The position numbers and the translations under genes are program-made. The notes under the pieces were generated by a model, which saw only the letters and a program-made list of their open reading frames with translations, searched no databases and was not told the DNA's origin. A stretch of 63,689 bases of DNA, counting the filler, from Lama guanicoe (Eukaryota): assembly GCA_013239625.1 (NCBI GenBank). It is 137 parts of 137 records of this genome, joined end to end, with 100 filler letters (N's around TTAATTAATTAA, not from the genome) between each part and the next. Parts side by side here need not be neighbours in the genome. Positions count along the whole stretch, not along the records: positions 23,689 to 24,053 come from PNXV01058302.1; positions 24,154 to 24,518 come from PNXV01058303.1; positions 24,619 to 24,983 come from PNXV01058304.1; positions 25,084 to 25,448 come from PNXV01058305.1; positions 25,549 to 25,913 come from PNXV01058306.1; positions 26,014 to 26,378 come from PNXV01058307.1; positions 26,479 to 26,843 come from PNXV01058308.1; positions 26,944 to 27,308 come from PNXV01058309.1; 129 more parts are not named here. One strand, written 5' to 3'. Below, piece after piece: positions 23,766 through 36,151 of the stretch; position 1 is the stretch's first letter, and each line of letters starts with the position of its first letter.

Positions 23766-24153
23766 CTAAGAAAGAAGGGAAGATGCCCAGGAAGGGGCTG
23801 GCCCACCACGTGTGGTCTCAACAACACAGGGTGGGCAGGACTCACGCCTTCCTTGTTCTGGACACTGTTAATTCCACCTCAGATCATATTAACCATCATG
23901 GAAGCCAAAACTCCTCACTGACTCAAACTGAGCTTTGGGCCAGGTTACAGGCCAGATTTTGGTTTTAATGAAGGAGTAACAGATGAGTTGGTAGGATAAC
24001 ATAGGATGTTCTCCAGAAAAGGCCAGCACTGAGCTTCTAAAGGCCCCCTGGGTNNNNNNNNNNNNNNNNNNNNNNNNNNNNNNNNNNNNNNNNNNNNTTA
24101 ATTAATTAANNNNNNNNNNNNNNNNNNNNNNNNNNNNNNNNNNNNNNNNNNNN

Positions 24154-24518
24154 GTGGCTTCATTAATTTACGCTCCCAGCAGTCACAGGTTTCCCTTTTC
24201 TCTGTGTCTTGTCAACACTTGTTATGTCTTGTCTTTTTGATAATTGCCGTCCTAACACATGTGAGGTGATACCTTGTTGTGGTACTGATTTCTGTTTTCC
24301 TGATGACTAGGGATACTGATCCTTTTCATGTTTTAATCAGATTGGGGTTTCTGTGTTATTGTTATTGAGTTGTAGGAGTTCTTTATATATTTTGTATATC
24401 AGCCCCTTTCAGTTACATTATTTGCAGTTCTTTTCTCCCATTCAGTAAGGTACCTTTCCATGCTATTGTTAATTTCCTTTCCTGTGTGGAAGATCTTAAG
24501 CTTGATGTAATCCTGCTT
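24154..24518 (-). mobile_element. L1 ORF2 3' region
   Basis: gtctttttgataattgccgtcctaac..gtgaggtgatacc...ttattgagttgtaggagttctttatatatt. Confidence 0.85.
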
Positions 24519-24869
24519 NNNNNNNNNNNNNNNNNNNNNNNNNNNNNNNNNNNNNNNNNNNNTTAATTAATTAANNNNNNNNNNNNNNNNNNNNNNNNNN
24601 NNNNNNNNNNNNNNNNNNGGCACTGCTCAAGGTGTTGCAGGTAGAGCATGAAACAAACATAAACTTTGGTGACACCACACAGCTTACACTCTGATGAGGG
24701 GGGACAGAAAAAAACAGTTATTAATATATACCACACTGTATATTATATGGTGATTAGTGTTATTAGAACAAAAAAAATAGGAATGTAAGGGAAGGAATAC
24801 TGTGGTAGTGGTGGATCTAAATAGGAAAAGTGATCTATGAGCAAATATTAAAAGAGATGAGCATGCTAA

Positions 24870-24983
24870 GTAAAATAATGGCCCTCCTCCCAAAGATATC
24901 CACATCCTAATTCCTGGAACCTTAAGTGTGTTTCACTTACATAGCAAAAGGGAATTTGCAGATATTAATAAGGTTACCAACCT
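24870..24983 (+). mobile_element. MLT1 (MaLR) LTR 5' part
   Basis: aataatggccc...aaagatatccacatcctaattcctggaacct...gcaaaagggaatttgcagat. Confidence 0.75.
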
Positions 24984-25346
24984 NNNNNNNNNNNNNNNNN
25001 NNNNNNNNNNNNNNNNNNNNNNNNNNNTTAATTAATTAANNNNNNNNNNNNNNNNNNNNNNNNNNNNNNNNNNNNNNNNNNNNAAAAAAAAATTCTTGTT
25101 CTTGGTTGTTTTAAATTTTTAGTGAAATTTTCAATTATAATTTTTACATTTAATGTTATTAAAATAATATAATATTAAACAAAAACTGGCTCTCTGGTTA
25201 GACAAACAGACCAGCAATCACAATAACTCCACAATCAGTAAAAATACGTGTACTTCCAGTAAAGGTTATGAGGTTATTTCTGGGTCCTGGTATTCAGAAA
25301 TACCTTAAACTGCGAAGTGTTGTTTCAGGGTGATGTTGTCTTTTAG

Positions 25347-25448
25347 ATTTCCCAAAATGAACTCATGAATGGTGGTGGTAACAACATGACCCCAACTATA
25401 ACTGATTTGGTAGAAAGTAAGAGTTTACCTAAGAACGATAGCCTCTTC
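25347..25448 (+). CDS. Candidate coding exon 5' part (ISQNELMNGGGNNMTPTITDLVESKSLPKNDSLF), gene unidentified
   Basis: Acceptor ttgtcttttAG followed by 34 open codons running to the contig end, in AT-rich surroundings. Confidence 0.3.
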
Positions 25449-26013
25449 NNNNNNNNNNNNNNNNNNNNNNNNNNNNNNNNNNNNNNNNNNNNTTAATTAA
25501 TTAANNNNNNNNNNNNNNNNNNNNNNNNNNNNNNNNNNNNNNNNNNNNGCTCCCCACTTTAAATGGAAATTAAAATGCACCCTGCCCGCAGGTTCACACT
25601 CCAATCACCTACAATAGCTTCTTTTGAGCATCATTAAGCAGCAAACCTGAAATGTTATCCTTCTTTTTGAAACCTCCTGCCCATGCCTTGACCATCCAGA
25701 ATAGCATCTCAGAAAAAGGAGGTTTGAAATGCGAAAAAAAAATCTTCCAAAATTCAAGGTAATTTTCACAGAAGCCAGGGAATACTTTGTGAATGAAAAA
25801 TACTGCAAACCTTATCAGTAAACGAAGAATGCTGAAACCATTAAGTCAGCAGCAGCTGCCACCACCCCCAGGGAAAACAAGCCTGCAGCCCAGCCTCTGC
25901 AGCCACTCACAATNNNNNNNNNNNNNNNNNNNNNNNNNNNNNNNNNNNNNNNNNNNNTTAATTAATTAANNNNNNNNNNNNNNNNNNNNNNNNNNNNNNN
26001 NNNNNNNNNNNNN

Positions 26014-26360
26014 ATGTCAACTTGGCTAGGCCATGGTACCCAGATGTTTAGTCAAACATCAGTCTAGATATTGCTGTCACGGTATGTATTTTTTAGATGA
26101 GATTAACATTTAAATCAGTTGGCCTTGGGTAAAGCGTATATTACCTTTCTTAACGTGCGTGGGATTTACCCAGTCAATTGAAGGCCATAAGAAAAGAAGA
26201 CAGAGGTTCCCCGAAGAAGAGGAGGTCTTGACTCCAGAAGCCTTGGCCTTGAGCTTCAGCGTCAGCTGTTCTCTGGGTCTCCAGTCAGCCTGCCTGCCCT
26301 GCAGATTTTAAACTTGCTGGGCCCACAGTGGTATGAGCAAACTTCTTAGAATAAATCTCT
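26014..26360 (+). mobile_element. MLT2 (ERVL) LTR
   Basis: atgtcaacttggctaggcc..tacccagat..gtcaaacat..gtctagat...gagattaacatttaaatcagt...aataaatctctctct. Confidence 0.85.
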
Positions 26361-28806
26361 CTCTTTCTCTCTCTCTCTNNNNNNNNNNNNNNNNNNNNNN
26401 NNNNNNNNNNNNNNNNNNNNNNTTAATTAATTAANNNNNNNNNNNNNNNNNNNNNNNNNNNNNNNNNNNNNNNNNNNNTCTAATTGCTATTAAGAAGAGT
26501 ATCTGTTGAAGTAAGCAAGCCTTAATGCATTATATACCCATTATCAGCAAAATATTAGGTTCATTGAGTTCATAATTTATAAATGTGAGAACAGAGTGCC
26601 CCAGGGGTGTGTTCCAAATGAGGCTAGATTCGAGAATACAGAATTAATCACCCTACCTAGTGTTAAAACAGCAGATTTATTATATTTAATTAAGTAACTC
26701 AATAGTCTCTACAACTCTGAGAAGTTGTCTTTATACCACCTATGGAAATACAGAGTTCAGCAGTCAAGGAAAGCATACAATCTTCAAACAGAGTCATTTT
26801 CCTTATGAATAATTTTAGCCCTTACTCGGTCTAAATTTTTTTTNNNNNNNNNNNNNNNNNNNNNNNNNNNNNNNNNNNNNNNNNNNNTTAATTAATTAAN
26901 NNNNNNNNNNNNNNNNNNNNNNNNNNNNNNNNNNNNNNNNNNNGACAGTTGTAGTGGGAGTCACAAAATGAATGGGAAAGTCCCTGAGCACAGGCACTTA
27001 GTTACCATCTAAGTGTAGATACGTCAGATAAAGGACCTCGTGATCTGGGCGAGAAGACGCGGTCAGCAAGTGTATCTGGTGAGAGGAACGGAGAGGGTGT
27101 CATGGAGAAGGTGCTATTTGAGTTAGTCCTGAAGAATGAGTAGGGTTTTATGAGGCAGATATGAGAGGCGTTTTGTTAGCTACATGTCCTACCTTGGTAC
27201 TTGTTAGGAACTTCTGTTTCATTTGCTCTTTAGGGATAAGTTCTTGGGAAACTCACATTTTGTATCTCAGAATAAGAAGAGAGGATCGATTCTTTTTGTG
27301 CAGTGTTTNNNNNNNNNNNNNNNNNNNNNNNNNNNNNNNNNNNNNNNNNNNNTTAATTAATTAANNNNNNNNNNNNNNNNNNNNNNNNNNNNNNNNNNNN
27401 NNNNNNNNTAGGAAATTAGGATAATATGCCGAAATCTAATAGTTTGCCTATAATAAACGCGGTTTTATCTCCACCAACATCCCAATTTTTAAATGGAGCT
27501 GCTCAAGATGAGTCTAAAGCGAATTTATTTTTATTTGAGCCTCAACAGGCCTCAGTGCCATTCCCAACATCTGAAGACGCATGCCTTCCATCAGTTCTGT
27601 AGAATTCTCTGCCAGCATCCCATGCGATGTTTTATTTCTCCCCTCCCCTTTACTTCTCTGTAATGTCTTCTCTAGATGATGCCGAATTCCCTTAACGTGA
27701 TTCCTCGGTGTTCTTCACCTACCTCCGTCTTTTCTATTCTTTTTTTAATCTTTACCTATGCACCATCTACTGTCNNNNNNNNNNNNNNNNNNNNNNNNNN
27801 NNNNNNNNNNNNNNNNNNTTAATTAATTAANNNNNNNNNNNNNNNNNNNNNNNNNNNNNNNNNNNNNNNNNNNNTCCGGGTGCTGATGCTGAGGTCAAGG
27901 CTGCAATACCTGGGTCTGGTTTGGGGCTTGAATTTATGAGGGAAATCAGAAGTCAGAGAGTCAGAAATCCAAGCAGTGGGCTGATAACAGGAAATAGACC
28001 CAGAGGCCAGAAGCCAGGGAGCAGGATGAAGAGTGGAGTGCAAGATGGGCTTAGAGGCCATGAGTACTCAGAGCTTCCCGGAGCCTGCTTTCATCTGGCA
28101 GGCGCTGCTTTCGGGGGTGAACCTTCCAGATTACAGAGCAGGATGGGGCCTGGAATGGGGTATTCTTGGAGAGGCCTGTGATTTGGGAGACTATGTCTGT
28201 TTTACTCATCCGCCTGTCTTTAGCACCTGCTCAGTGCCTGNNNNNNNNNNNNNNNNNNNNNNNNNNNNNNNNNNNNNNNNNNNNTTAATTAATTAANNNN
28301 NNNNNNNNNNNNNNNNNNNNNNNNNNNNNNNNNNNNNNNNAAAAAAAAACACCTCATCTCCCAATTTATTGTCCTGTCATGTGGCAAGCACGATGACTTT
28401 GGATTCAGTAACAAGGAACACTAAACGCTGTGGTATAAATGGATGTGAGAGACATTTGGGGGAAGCTGGCAGGGGACACAGTCACCCAGAGAGCAGCTCA
28501 GGTATCACAAGGAATGGGTGATGGGGTGAGCCTCCTAAAGGAAGAGACGTTGAGGTGACAGCCAAGGTCATTCTCTAAGTTTTCGGAACGGTGCAAAGTT
28601 TGGCTCAGGTTTGACAGTAAACCTATGTGAGGTGGTGCAATAAAGAGATTGACCAGGACAGAAGGAGAGAGCAGTTAATGGGAAGCAATAAAAACGTTTT
28701 TTTTTTNNNNNNNNNNNNNNNNNNNNNNNNNNNNNNNNNNNNNNNNNNNNTTAATTAATTAANNNNNNNNNNNNNNNNNNNNNNNNNNNNNNNNNNNNNN
28801 NNNNNN

Positions 28807-29171
28807 ACAATAAAATATCAGAAAAGGAAAGTAAAGAAACAATCCCTTTTAAAATAGCACCCAAAACCCCAAAATACTTAGGAATAGATCTGACCAAGGA
28901 AGTGAAAGACTTACATGCAGACAACTACAAAACATTGACTAAGGAAATTAAAAAGATGACTTAAAGAAATGGAATGATACCCCATGTTCTTGGATTGGAA
29001 GACTGAATATTGTTAAAGTGGCCATACTACCCAAAGCAATCCACAGATTTAATGTGATCCATATCAAATTACCCAGGACATTATTTTCACAGAACTGGAA
29101 CAAATAATCCTAAAATTTATTTACATTGAATCGCAAAAGATCCAGAATTGCCAAAGCATTACTGAAAAAAA
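28807..29171 (+). mobile_element. L1 ORF2 RT/thumb fragment (decayed)
   Basis: Translates around [38 protein letters not shown], with frameshifts. Confidence 0.9.
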
Positions 29172-31133
29172 NNNNNNNNNNNNNNNNNNNNNNNNNNNNN
29201 NNNNNNNNNNNNNNNTTAATTAATTAANNNNNNNNNNNNNNNNNNNNNNNNNNNNNNNNNNNNNNNNNNNNTTTGGGTTTCCCCAGTCATATCAGTGAGT
29301 ATATGAAATGCTTTCTGTACATTCAGCTCTGCACCAGCATATGAAAATAAAGGAGTGAAGGCAAGAGATTTAGTGGGTTCCCTTTTAGAGTTTTTGGTGT
29401 GTCCTTCCATTGACAATTGTACTTCCATTGTCAAGTATTCCAGTTGAGATCCATTTCTAGGTGTTTCTCTGAGAACTAGCTTTTTACTTTTACTTGTTCT
29501 TGCTTATCTCCTTATCCCTTTAAATTCCTTTTAAAGAAGCCACGTTGCTTTCCCCCAAGATTATGTTTTATTCAGTGTACCTTCTTCCTTGCAGTTAATT
29601 TATCCAGGCTGCTAGGATTTAAAAATTGTTTAATTCNNNNNNNNNNNNNNNNNNNNNNNNNNNNNNNNNNNNNNNNNNNNTTAATTAATTAANNNNNNNN
29701 NNNNNNNNNNNNNNNNNNNNNNNNNNNNNNNNNNNNTTTGTGCCATCACACTTTGCTCGGGCTGTCTCCATTCCTATCTCTTTTTACCTTCCCCTCACCT
29801 CTGCCAACACCACCTACCTGCTTAGCTTCTACTCACCCTTCGAGAATGAGCAAAATATAATTCCCTAAGGCTTTTCTGACAGCAACACTCCCCTCCATGC
29901 CCCATGCTGAGTTGAACATCTCCCCTCCAAGACCTTGTAATGTCTTGCATACCTCTCCAGCACACTCATCCTCAGCCTTTAACACAGTACTTGACAAGAG
30001 CTGACTCTCATGAATAGTTATTGAATGAGTAAGTGTGGAAGAGCGGGTTAGTTTCCTGCTGACTGTGCTTTTACGTGTATCAGTCTAAGATGTGATGTCA
30101 TNNNNNNNNNNNNNNNNNNNNNNNNNNNNNNNNNNNNNNNNNNNNTTAATTAATTAANNNNNNNNNNNNNNNNNNNNNNNNNNNNNNNNNNNNNNNNNNN
30201 NTTTTTTTTTTTTTGCTGAGCATTCCTCCTTGAATTTCAGCTTTCTTTCTAGAATCAATTTCCTTTTTTCTAAAATACATTTATTGGAAATTTTTAAAAT
30301 GGAGTGTTGGGAAAATGAGTTCTTCTTTCCTGAAAATACTTTTCTTTTTGCTGTCATTTACAATATAATCTCCCTGCTTATATTAGTACATTAAGAGTTA
30401 TTGAACAGTATGCATCCATCTTCTGGAATGATTTGGCAAGAATAAAAAAATTCATGATAGTGAGCATGTGAAGTTTTATAACTTCAAAAATCTGTTTAAT
30501 TCATTGTTGATCATTTATTAGAACTGAAGATATGCATCCTAAAGATATATAAATATGCAACAAAGAANNNNNNNNNNNNNNNNNNNNNNNNNNNNNNNNN
30601 NNNNNNNNNNNTTAATTAATTAANNNNNNNNNNNNNNNNNNNNNNNNNNNNNNNNNNNNNNNNNNNNCTATCTCTAGGTTCAGTTGCTCCAGGTAAAAAC
30701 ACTTGGGAAAAGCACATGGATGGACAGTTCTGCCTTGGATTCCTTACATTAACGGTCCCCTCCATTCTGAGAGGCATCTCATGTGTGACTGCATTAGTGA
30801 TTACTAATTAATGATTTGAATTCTGTTGACAAATGTAACCAAACATTTACAATAATTAATTTCCGATGACAGCAGATTCACAGATTTCCTTTCCTATCGT
30901 TCAGACAGAATATATGACCAAAGAAGATACCACTTTCATGCCGAGTAAATTCTAGATACTTGTCATGATGGCATCTTCTTTATTGTTGTTATTATTTTGG
31001 TAAATGCTGTCCAGACATAATTCTCTTTTTTTTNNNNNNNNNNNNNNNNNNNNNNNNNNNNNNNNNNNNNNNNNNNNTTAATTAATTAANNNNNNNNNNN
31101 NNNNNNNNNNNNNNNNNNNNNNNNNNNNNNNNN

Positions 31134-31493
31134 TGTGAAATCCGTGAATCACCTGGCTTGTTGTGAACACATAGTTTCTTTCAACAGGAAAAAAATTTAT
31201 ACATATATATTGGGAGGTAAAAGCTCGAGCTCAATTTAACAGTGAAAAATGCATGAAAGTCTAAGTGGCTCTAGGAAACATAATGAGAAACAAGAGAAAG
31301 TGATAAAACTGCCACCCATTCACTTAATGATAGATAGAAGAACGACACTACACATGCTCAATTATGAGAGAGAGCTGTGTGTGAAAACCGAAAATCACCT
31401 AGGTTTTTGGGAACACAAATGAACTTTTCAGGTGGAAAAAACAGTACAAACATACATATGGGGAGGTACAAGCTCCAACTCGGTTTTACATTG
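31134..31493. repeat. Diverged tandem repeat with ~246-bp unit (satellite-like)
   Basis: tgtgaaatccgtgaatcacctgg...gggaggtaaaagctc at 31134 recurs as tgtgaaaaccgaaaatcacctag...gggaggtacaagctc at 31380. Confidence 0.7.
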
Positions 31494-32209
31494 NNNNNNN
31501 NNNNNNNNNNNNNNNNNNNNNNNNNNNNNNNNNNNNNTTAATTAATTAANNNNNNNNNNNNNNNNNNNNNNNNNNNNNNNNNNNNNNNNNNNNGACAGCA
31601 AAATAACTTGATAGACAATCGTCAATAAAACCCACTGAAAAATGATAAGTAAGGCCAATAAAATGATTATACTGTTTTAACTATTAGGATTACAGAGAGA
31701 ATGCTGTTGGAAACAAGTCATTTTTCAATTACATGAGCAAAGACATTTCACTGACATTTTCAGGGCAGTGAGATCACCTTTTATTCTGAAAGCAGTACTT
31801 TCTAAAGAGTACATTATTTTTCTCCATTCTCTGAGGGCTTAATTGAATAAACTTATTTTAGATAGTCTCTTTATTTTCTTTCTCAACTCAAATAGCCACC
31901 AGTCCACTGAATTGTAGGAGTGAACTTTGGCAGAGATTTGTCAGCTGTTCATAAACTCTNNNNNNNNNNNNNNNNNNNNNNNNNNNNNNNNNNNNNNNNN
32001 NNNTTAATTAATTAANNNNNNNNNNNNNNNNNNNNNNNNNNNNNNNNNNNNNNNNNNNNGTGTGCACACACAAGCACACAACTCACACGTGTGTGAGACA
32101 CACATCTCGTACACATGCACCCACATGTGCACTAACACATTTCTAGAGTTTAGTGTGGAGTTTGGCCCCCAGCCAGCCAGATTAGCAGAGGAGAGGGAAC
32201 TGTTTTCAC

Positions 32210-32420
32210 TTTCAACATTTCTGACACCAAATATGTGGAGTTTTTCCCACACCAACCAATTCTCCACTTCTCCAATTCTCCAGATAGCAGTTGGGTGTCC
32301 TAAAATCCAGCTCAGTTCTGGCACTAACTGCTGGAGTCAGGGCAGACCCCACCGGGGAAGGGCTCGGTCCCACAATTCAGTCCCTACTTTGGATGCCAGT
32401 TCTGAGTCCCAGGTTGCAGC
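32210..32420. mobile_element. MER21-like LTR relic
   Basis: ttctgacaccaaatatgtgg..ttttcccacaccaaccaattctcc...gggtgtccta...ttctggcactaac...cagaccccac. Confidence 0.7.
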
Positions 32421-34419
32421 TGCACNNNNNNNNNNNNNNNNNNNNNNNNNNNNNNNNNNNNNNNNNNNNTTAATTAATTAANNNNNNNNNNNNNNNNNNN
32501 NNNNNNNNNNNNNNNNNNNNNNNNNTTTTTTTTTTTTAATGCTAAACAAATAACTTTTTCAGTCTCTCTTCCACATCTTAGTCCCAATCCACTTAACTGA
32601 TTTCATAATACACTAATGAATTTTGGCATTCAGTGTGTAAAACAATTTTCAGATCATGCCCCCCTGAACCTTTACCTCTCACAACAAAAGATATCAATCA
32701 TTTTCTTCCAAAATATCAAAGTCATCTACCTCTGACATGAGCCCAGTTGCTGTATCTAGAATATGAAAACAGTAGACATTGTACTATTGAAATAGTATTT
32801 TCTCCCTTTCTCTTAGATTACTACTATCATCACCGTGGGACCTGCTGTCTCTGTTATTGTTCATGTTGCTACTTTATCACAAGTACCCCCCNNNNNNNNN
32901 NNNNNNNNNNNNNNNNNNNNNNNNNNNNNNNNNNNTTAATTAATTAANNNNNNNNNNNNNNNNNNNNNNNNNNNNNNNNNNNNNNNNNNNNACACACACA
33001 CACACACACACATTCTGCAAAGGAAATGCAATATTTGCAACTGAATATACACATTCAATTCTTTTGACTCATCAATGAAAGATTTCCCTTTCCTTTGCCT
33101 AAAGCTGAAAACAGAACAAGACAAAAATAGCCAGTGCTGATGGTACATTCTAATTCTTACGCTAAATTCTTCAGCAACATTAAACCCTTGAACAAAAATT
33201 CACTGCGAAGTCAAACACTTGGAATCCCCTTTACTTACTCCAGCTCAGGCGGAGACCTGCAGAAGGTGGAGCACTCCTCTAGGGCCTCCCACCACTGCCA
33301 CACTCCCATCACAAACCCGAGACCAGTGCTGTCAAACTCTCAAATGTGGATTTTTCANNNNNNNNNNNNNNNNNNNNNNNNNNNNNNNNNNNNNNNNNNN
33401 NTTAATTAATTAANNNNNNNNNNNNNNNNNNNNNNNNNNNNNNNNNNNNNNNNNNNNCACCAAGTAAAACCGGGATTTCCGTCCACAAAGTGTATCACTG
33501 TACCCCAAGGCACGATCCAAAGTTGGAATGAAACTATCATGATAGCAAGATACTGAAGATACTTTTTTCTCACCTTTATCTCTTTTGCATGATAGTGACA
33601 GACAGCTCAGTAGGCATAGATTAGGGGTGGGGGTCAAGGCTTCAGAGACCACAGCCCGGACTCAGATCTGTCCAGGACCAGCTCCAGGAGGTCAGGGCCA
33701 AGCACATGACACCCCTCCTTCCACACCCTACTCGGCGGGTCCACACATGCTAACAGAGTAAACTCATGGCTCTGCCGGGAAGCATGCTTCCTGTTAATGT
33801 TTCTGAAAGTCCTGGCAGTAAAGNNNNNNNNNNNNNNNNNNNNNNNNNNNNNNNNNNNNNNNNNNNNTTAATTAATTAANNNNNNNNNNNNNNNNNNNNN
33901 NNNNNNNNNNNNNNNNNNNNNNNTTTTAAGCTGCAGCAGTAATCAGAGCCCTCTGTTACGTTAGCTGAGTGATTGTGACAAATGAAATGCTTCACAGCCG
34001 TGCAACAGTGGGATTCACAAAGGCTTCCTACTCACATGTGCCAAGTGCATGAATCTAGCAAAACGGTGCTCAGGGTTATCAATGTTTTAGTTTTTTGCTC
34101 TTGGTTCTCCTTTAGTGGCTTCCTGGAGAGCTCAAATAATGGCTTGATTCATAGCATTCACATGTGTGTACTCTTGCTTCTGCAAGTGCCTCCTGGCTGC
34201 CTGATCTGATAGAGGAGGGTGCCTTTCGACAACTTGACCAGTGCATCAGCGGGTTGTTTTTGAGGACACGTGATCTGTGATGGCACCTGNNNNNNNNNNN
34301 NNNNNNNNNNNNNNNNNNNNNNNNNNNNNNNNNTTAATTAATTAANNNNNNNNNNNNNNNNNNNNNNNNNNNNNNNNNNNNNNNNNNNNAGGTCCCCACT
34401 TCCTTCCTATAGAGCTTAA

Positions 34420-34720
34420 ATTTCATGGTCCAGGATTATAATCACTGTATCACATACACCTTCACTGTCCTTGTTTTTTCTTGCTCTACTGTAGTCTTGT
34501 GACTAAACAGCAACCCTGTTAACTCACATACTCTATGCCTGTAACCTGTATGCAAGTACCTGAATCTGGAGAAAAACACACAGTTGTAAACCTAATGATC
34601 TCACTTTAAGTTCATGATCAGTAACCTCAAGTAGACTGGTAATGCTCTCCAACAATCCTACTACATAACCCTAGTTTCCTACTGTCCTGGCAGACTATTT
34701 CCTGTTTTCTCCTTCTTCCA
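34420..34720 (+). mobile_element. L2 LINE internal relic
   Basis: ggagaaaaacacaca...ctcactttaagttcatgatca..aacctcaagt...caacaatcctactac resembles L2 ORF2. Confidence 0.55.
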
Positions 34721-34855
34721 TATCTTCTAGAAGCATTTTATTTTGACTGAAAAACNNNNNNNNNNNNNNNNNNNNNNNNNNNNNNNNNNNNNNNNNNNNT
34801 TAATTAATTAANNNNNNNNNNNNNNNNNNNNNNNNNNNNNNNNNNNNNNNNNNNN

Positions 34856-35220
34856 ACCCCACTTGTCACCACCCCAAACGTGACCGTCCTGGCTTTTAAA
34901 GCAAACACAGCATGGACGATAGCCAAGTACCTATCAATTGTCAAGAGGATGATGAAGAAGATTCCACCAAAATAACCAATGTGATACAGCCCTGTGAAAA
35001 ATTTACACATCGCATTCCCAAAGACCCACTGGTCAGCAGCATAGTGAGCCCAGAATGGGATGGTGAGGAGGAAAATCAGGTCAGAGACGGCCAGGTTGAG
35101 CAGGTAGATGTCAGTCATGCTCTTCAGCTTTTTGCAGTTTATCAGGATGAGGACGACCAGCAAGTTGCCCACAAAACCAAAGATGAACACCAGCGAGTAG
35201 AGTGGGGGCAGGAGCTGGGC
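34856..35220 (-). CDS. CCR2: C-C chemokine receptor fragment (TM1-TM4), most like CCR2 with CCR5-like segments
   Basis: [121 protein letters not shown]. Contains the DRYLAIVHA motif, and [10 protein letters not shown] is CCR2-type. The family is secure; CCR2 versus CCR5 is less so. Confidence 0.8.
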
Positions 35221-35321
35221 TNNNNNNNNNNNNNNNNNNNNNNNNNNNNNNNNNNNNNNNNNNNNTTAATTAATTAANNNNNNNNNNNNNNNNNNNNNNN
35301 NNNNNNNNNNNNNNNNNNNNN

Positions 35322-35685
35322 TTTTCATTTTGTTTATGGTTTCCTTTGCTGTGCAAAAGCTTGTAGGTTTGATTATGTCCCATTTCTTTATTTTTGCTTT
35401 AATTTTTATTGCCTTGGGAGACTGACCTATGAAAACATTGCTAAGATTTATGTCAGAGAAGACTTTGCCCATATTCTCTTTTTGGAGATTTATGGTGTCC
35501 TGTCTTATCTTTGAGTCTTTAAAGCCATTTTGAGTTTATTTTTGTGTATGGTATGAGGAATGTTCTAACTTCACTGATTTACATGCAGCTGCTCAACACC
35601 ACTTGCCAAAGAGACTGTCATTTCTCCACTGTATAGTCTTGCCTCCTTTGTCAAAGATTAATTGACTGTTGGTGTGTGGGTTTAT
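35322..35685 (-). mobile_element. L1 ORF2 C-terminal fragment
   Basis: Minus strand reads SPKAIKIKAKIKKWDIIKPTSFCTAKETINKMK, matching L1 ORF2p 'KWDLIKLKSFCTAKETI'. Confidence 0.92.
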
Positions 35686-35785
35686 NNNNNNNNNNNNNNN
35701 NNNNNNNNNNNNNNNNNNNNNNNNNNNNNTTAATTAATTAANNNNNNNNNNNNNNNNNNNNNNNNNNNNNNNNNNNNNNNNNNNN

Positions 35786-36102
35786 TGAAGAGATGAATCA
35801 CTAGTAATGAAATTGAATCTAATCAAAAAACTCCCAACAAATAAGATCCAAGTTCAAACATCTTCACAGGTGAATTCTATCAAACATTTTAAAAAGAATA
35901 ACTATCTTTCTGAAAATACTCCAAAAATTGAAGTGCAAGAAAAGCTTCCAACTCATTCTATGAAATCACTATCAACCTGATACCAAAACCAGACAAGGAC
36001 ATCATAACAAGAGAAAATTACAGGTCAACACCCCTTATGGACATAGATTCAAAAATCCGCAGCAAAATTTTAGCAAACTGAATTCAACAATATATTAAAA
36101 GG
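35786..36102 (+). mobile_element. L1 ORF2 Z/RT-start fragment
   Basis: ttcacaggtgaattctatcaaacattt...ctcattctatgaa...ctgataccaaaaccagacaagga...gaaaattacagg...aaaattttagcaaactgaattcaacaa. Confidence 0.9.
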
Positions 36103-36151
36103 GGGCTCGGCTTCCAGCCCCGCGCCCGAGGAGCCATGGGCGAGCCGCCGC
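36103..36151 (+). pseudogene. Probable 5' end of a processed pseudogene (5' UTR plus MGEPP..) inserted into L1
   Basis: Abrupt switch from AT-rich L1 to CpG-rich sequence directly after TTAAAA. Kozak-type gccATGG at 36136. Confidence 0.5.

Noticed and set aside
34912..35277. 121-aa plus-strand ORF over the chemokine receptor
   Set aside because: It is the antisense shadow of the CCR coding sequence.
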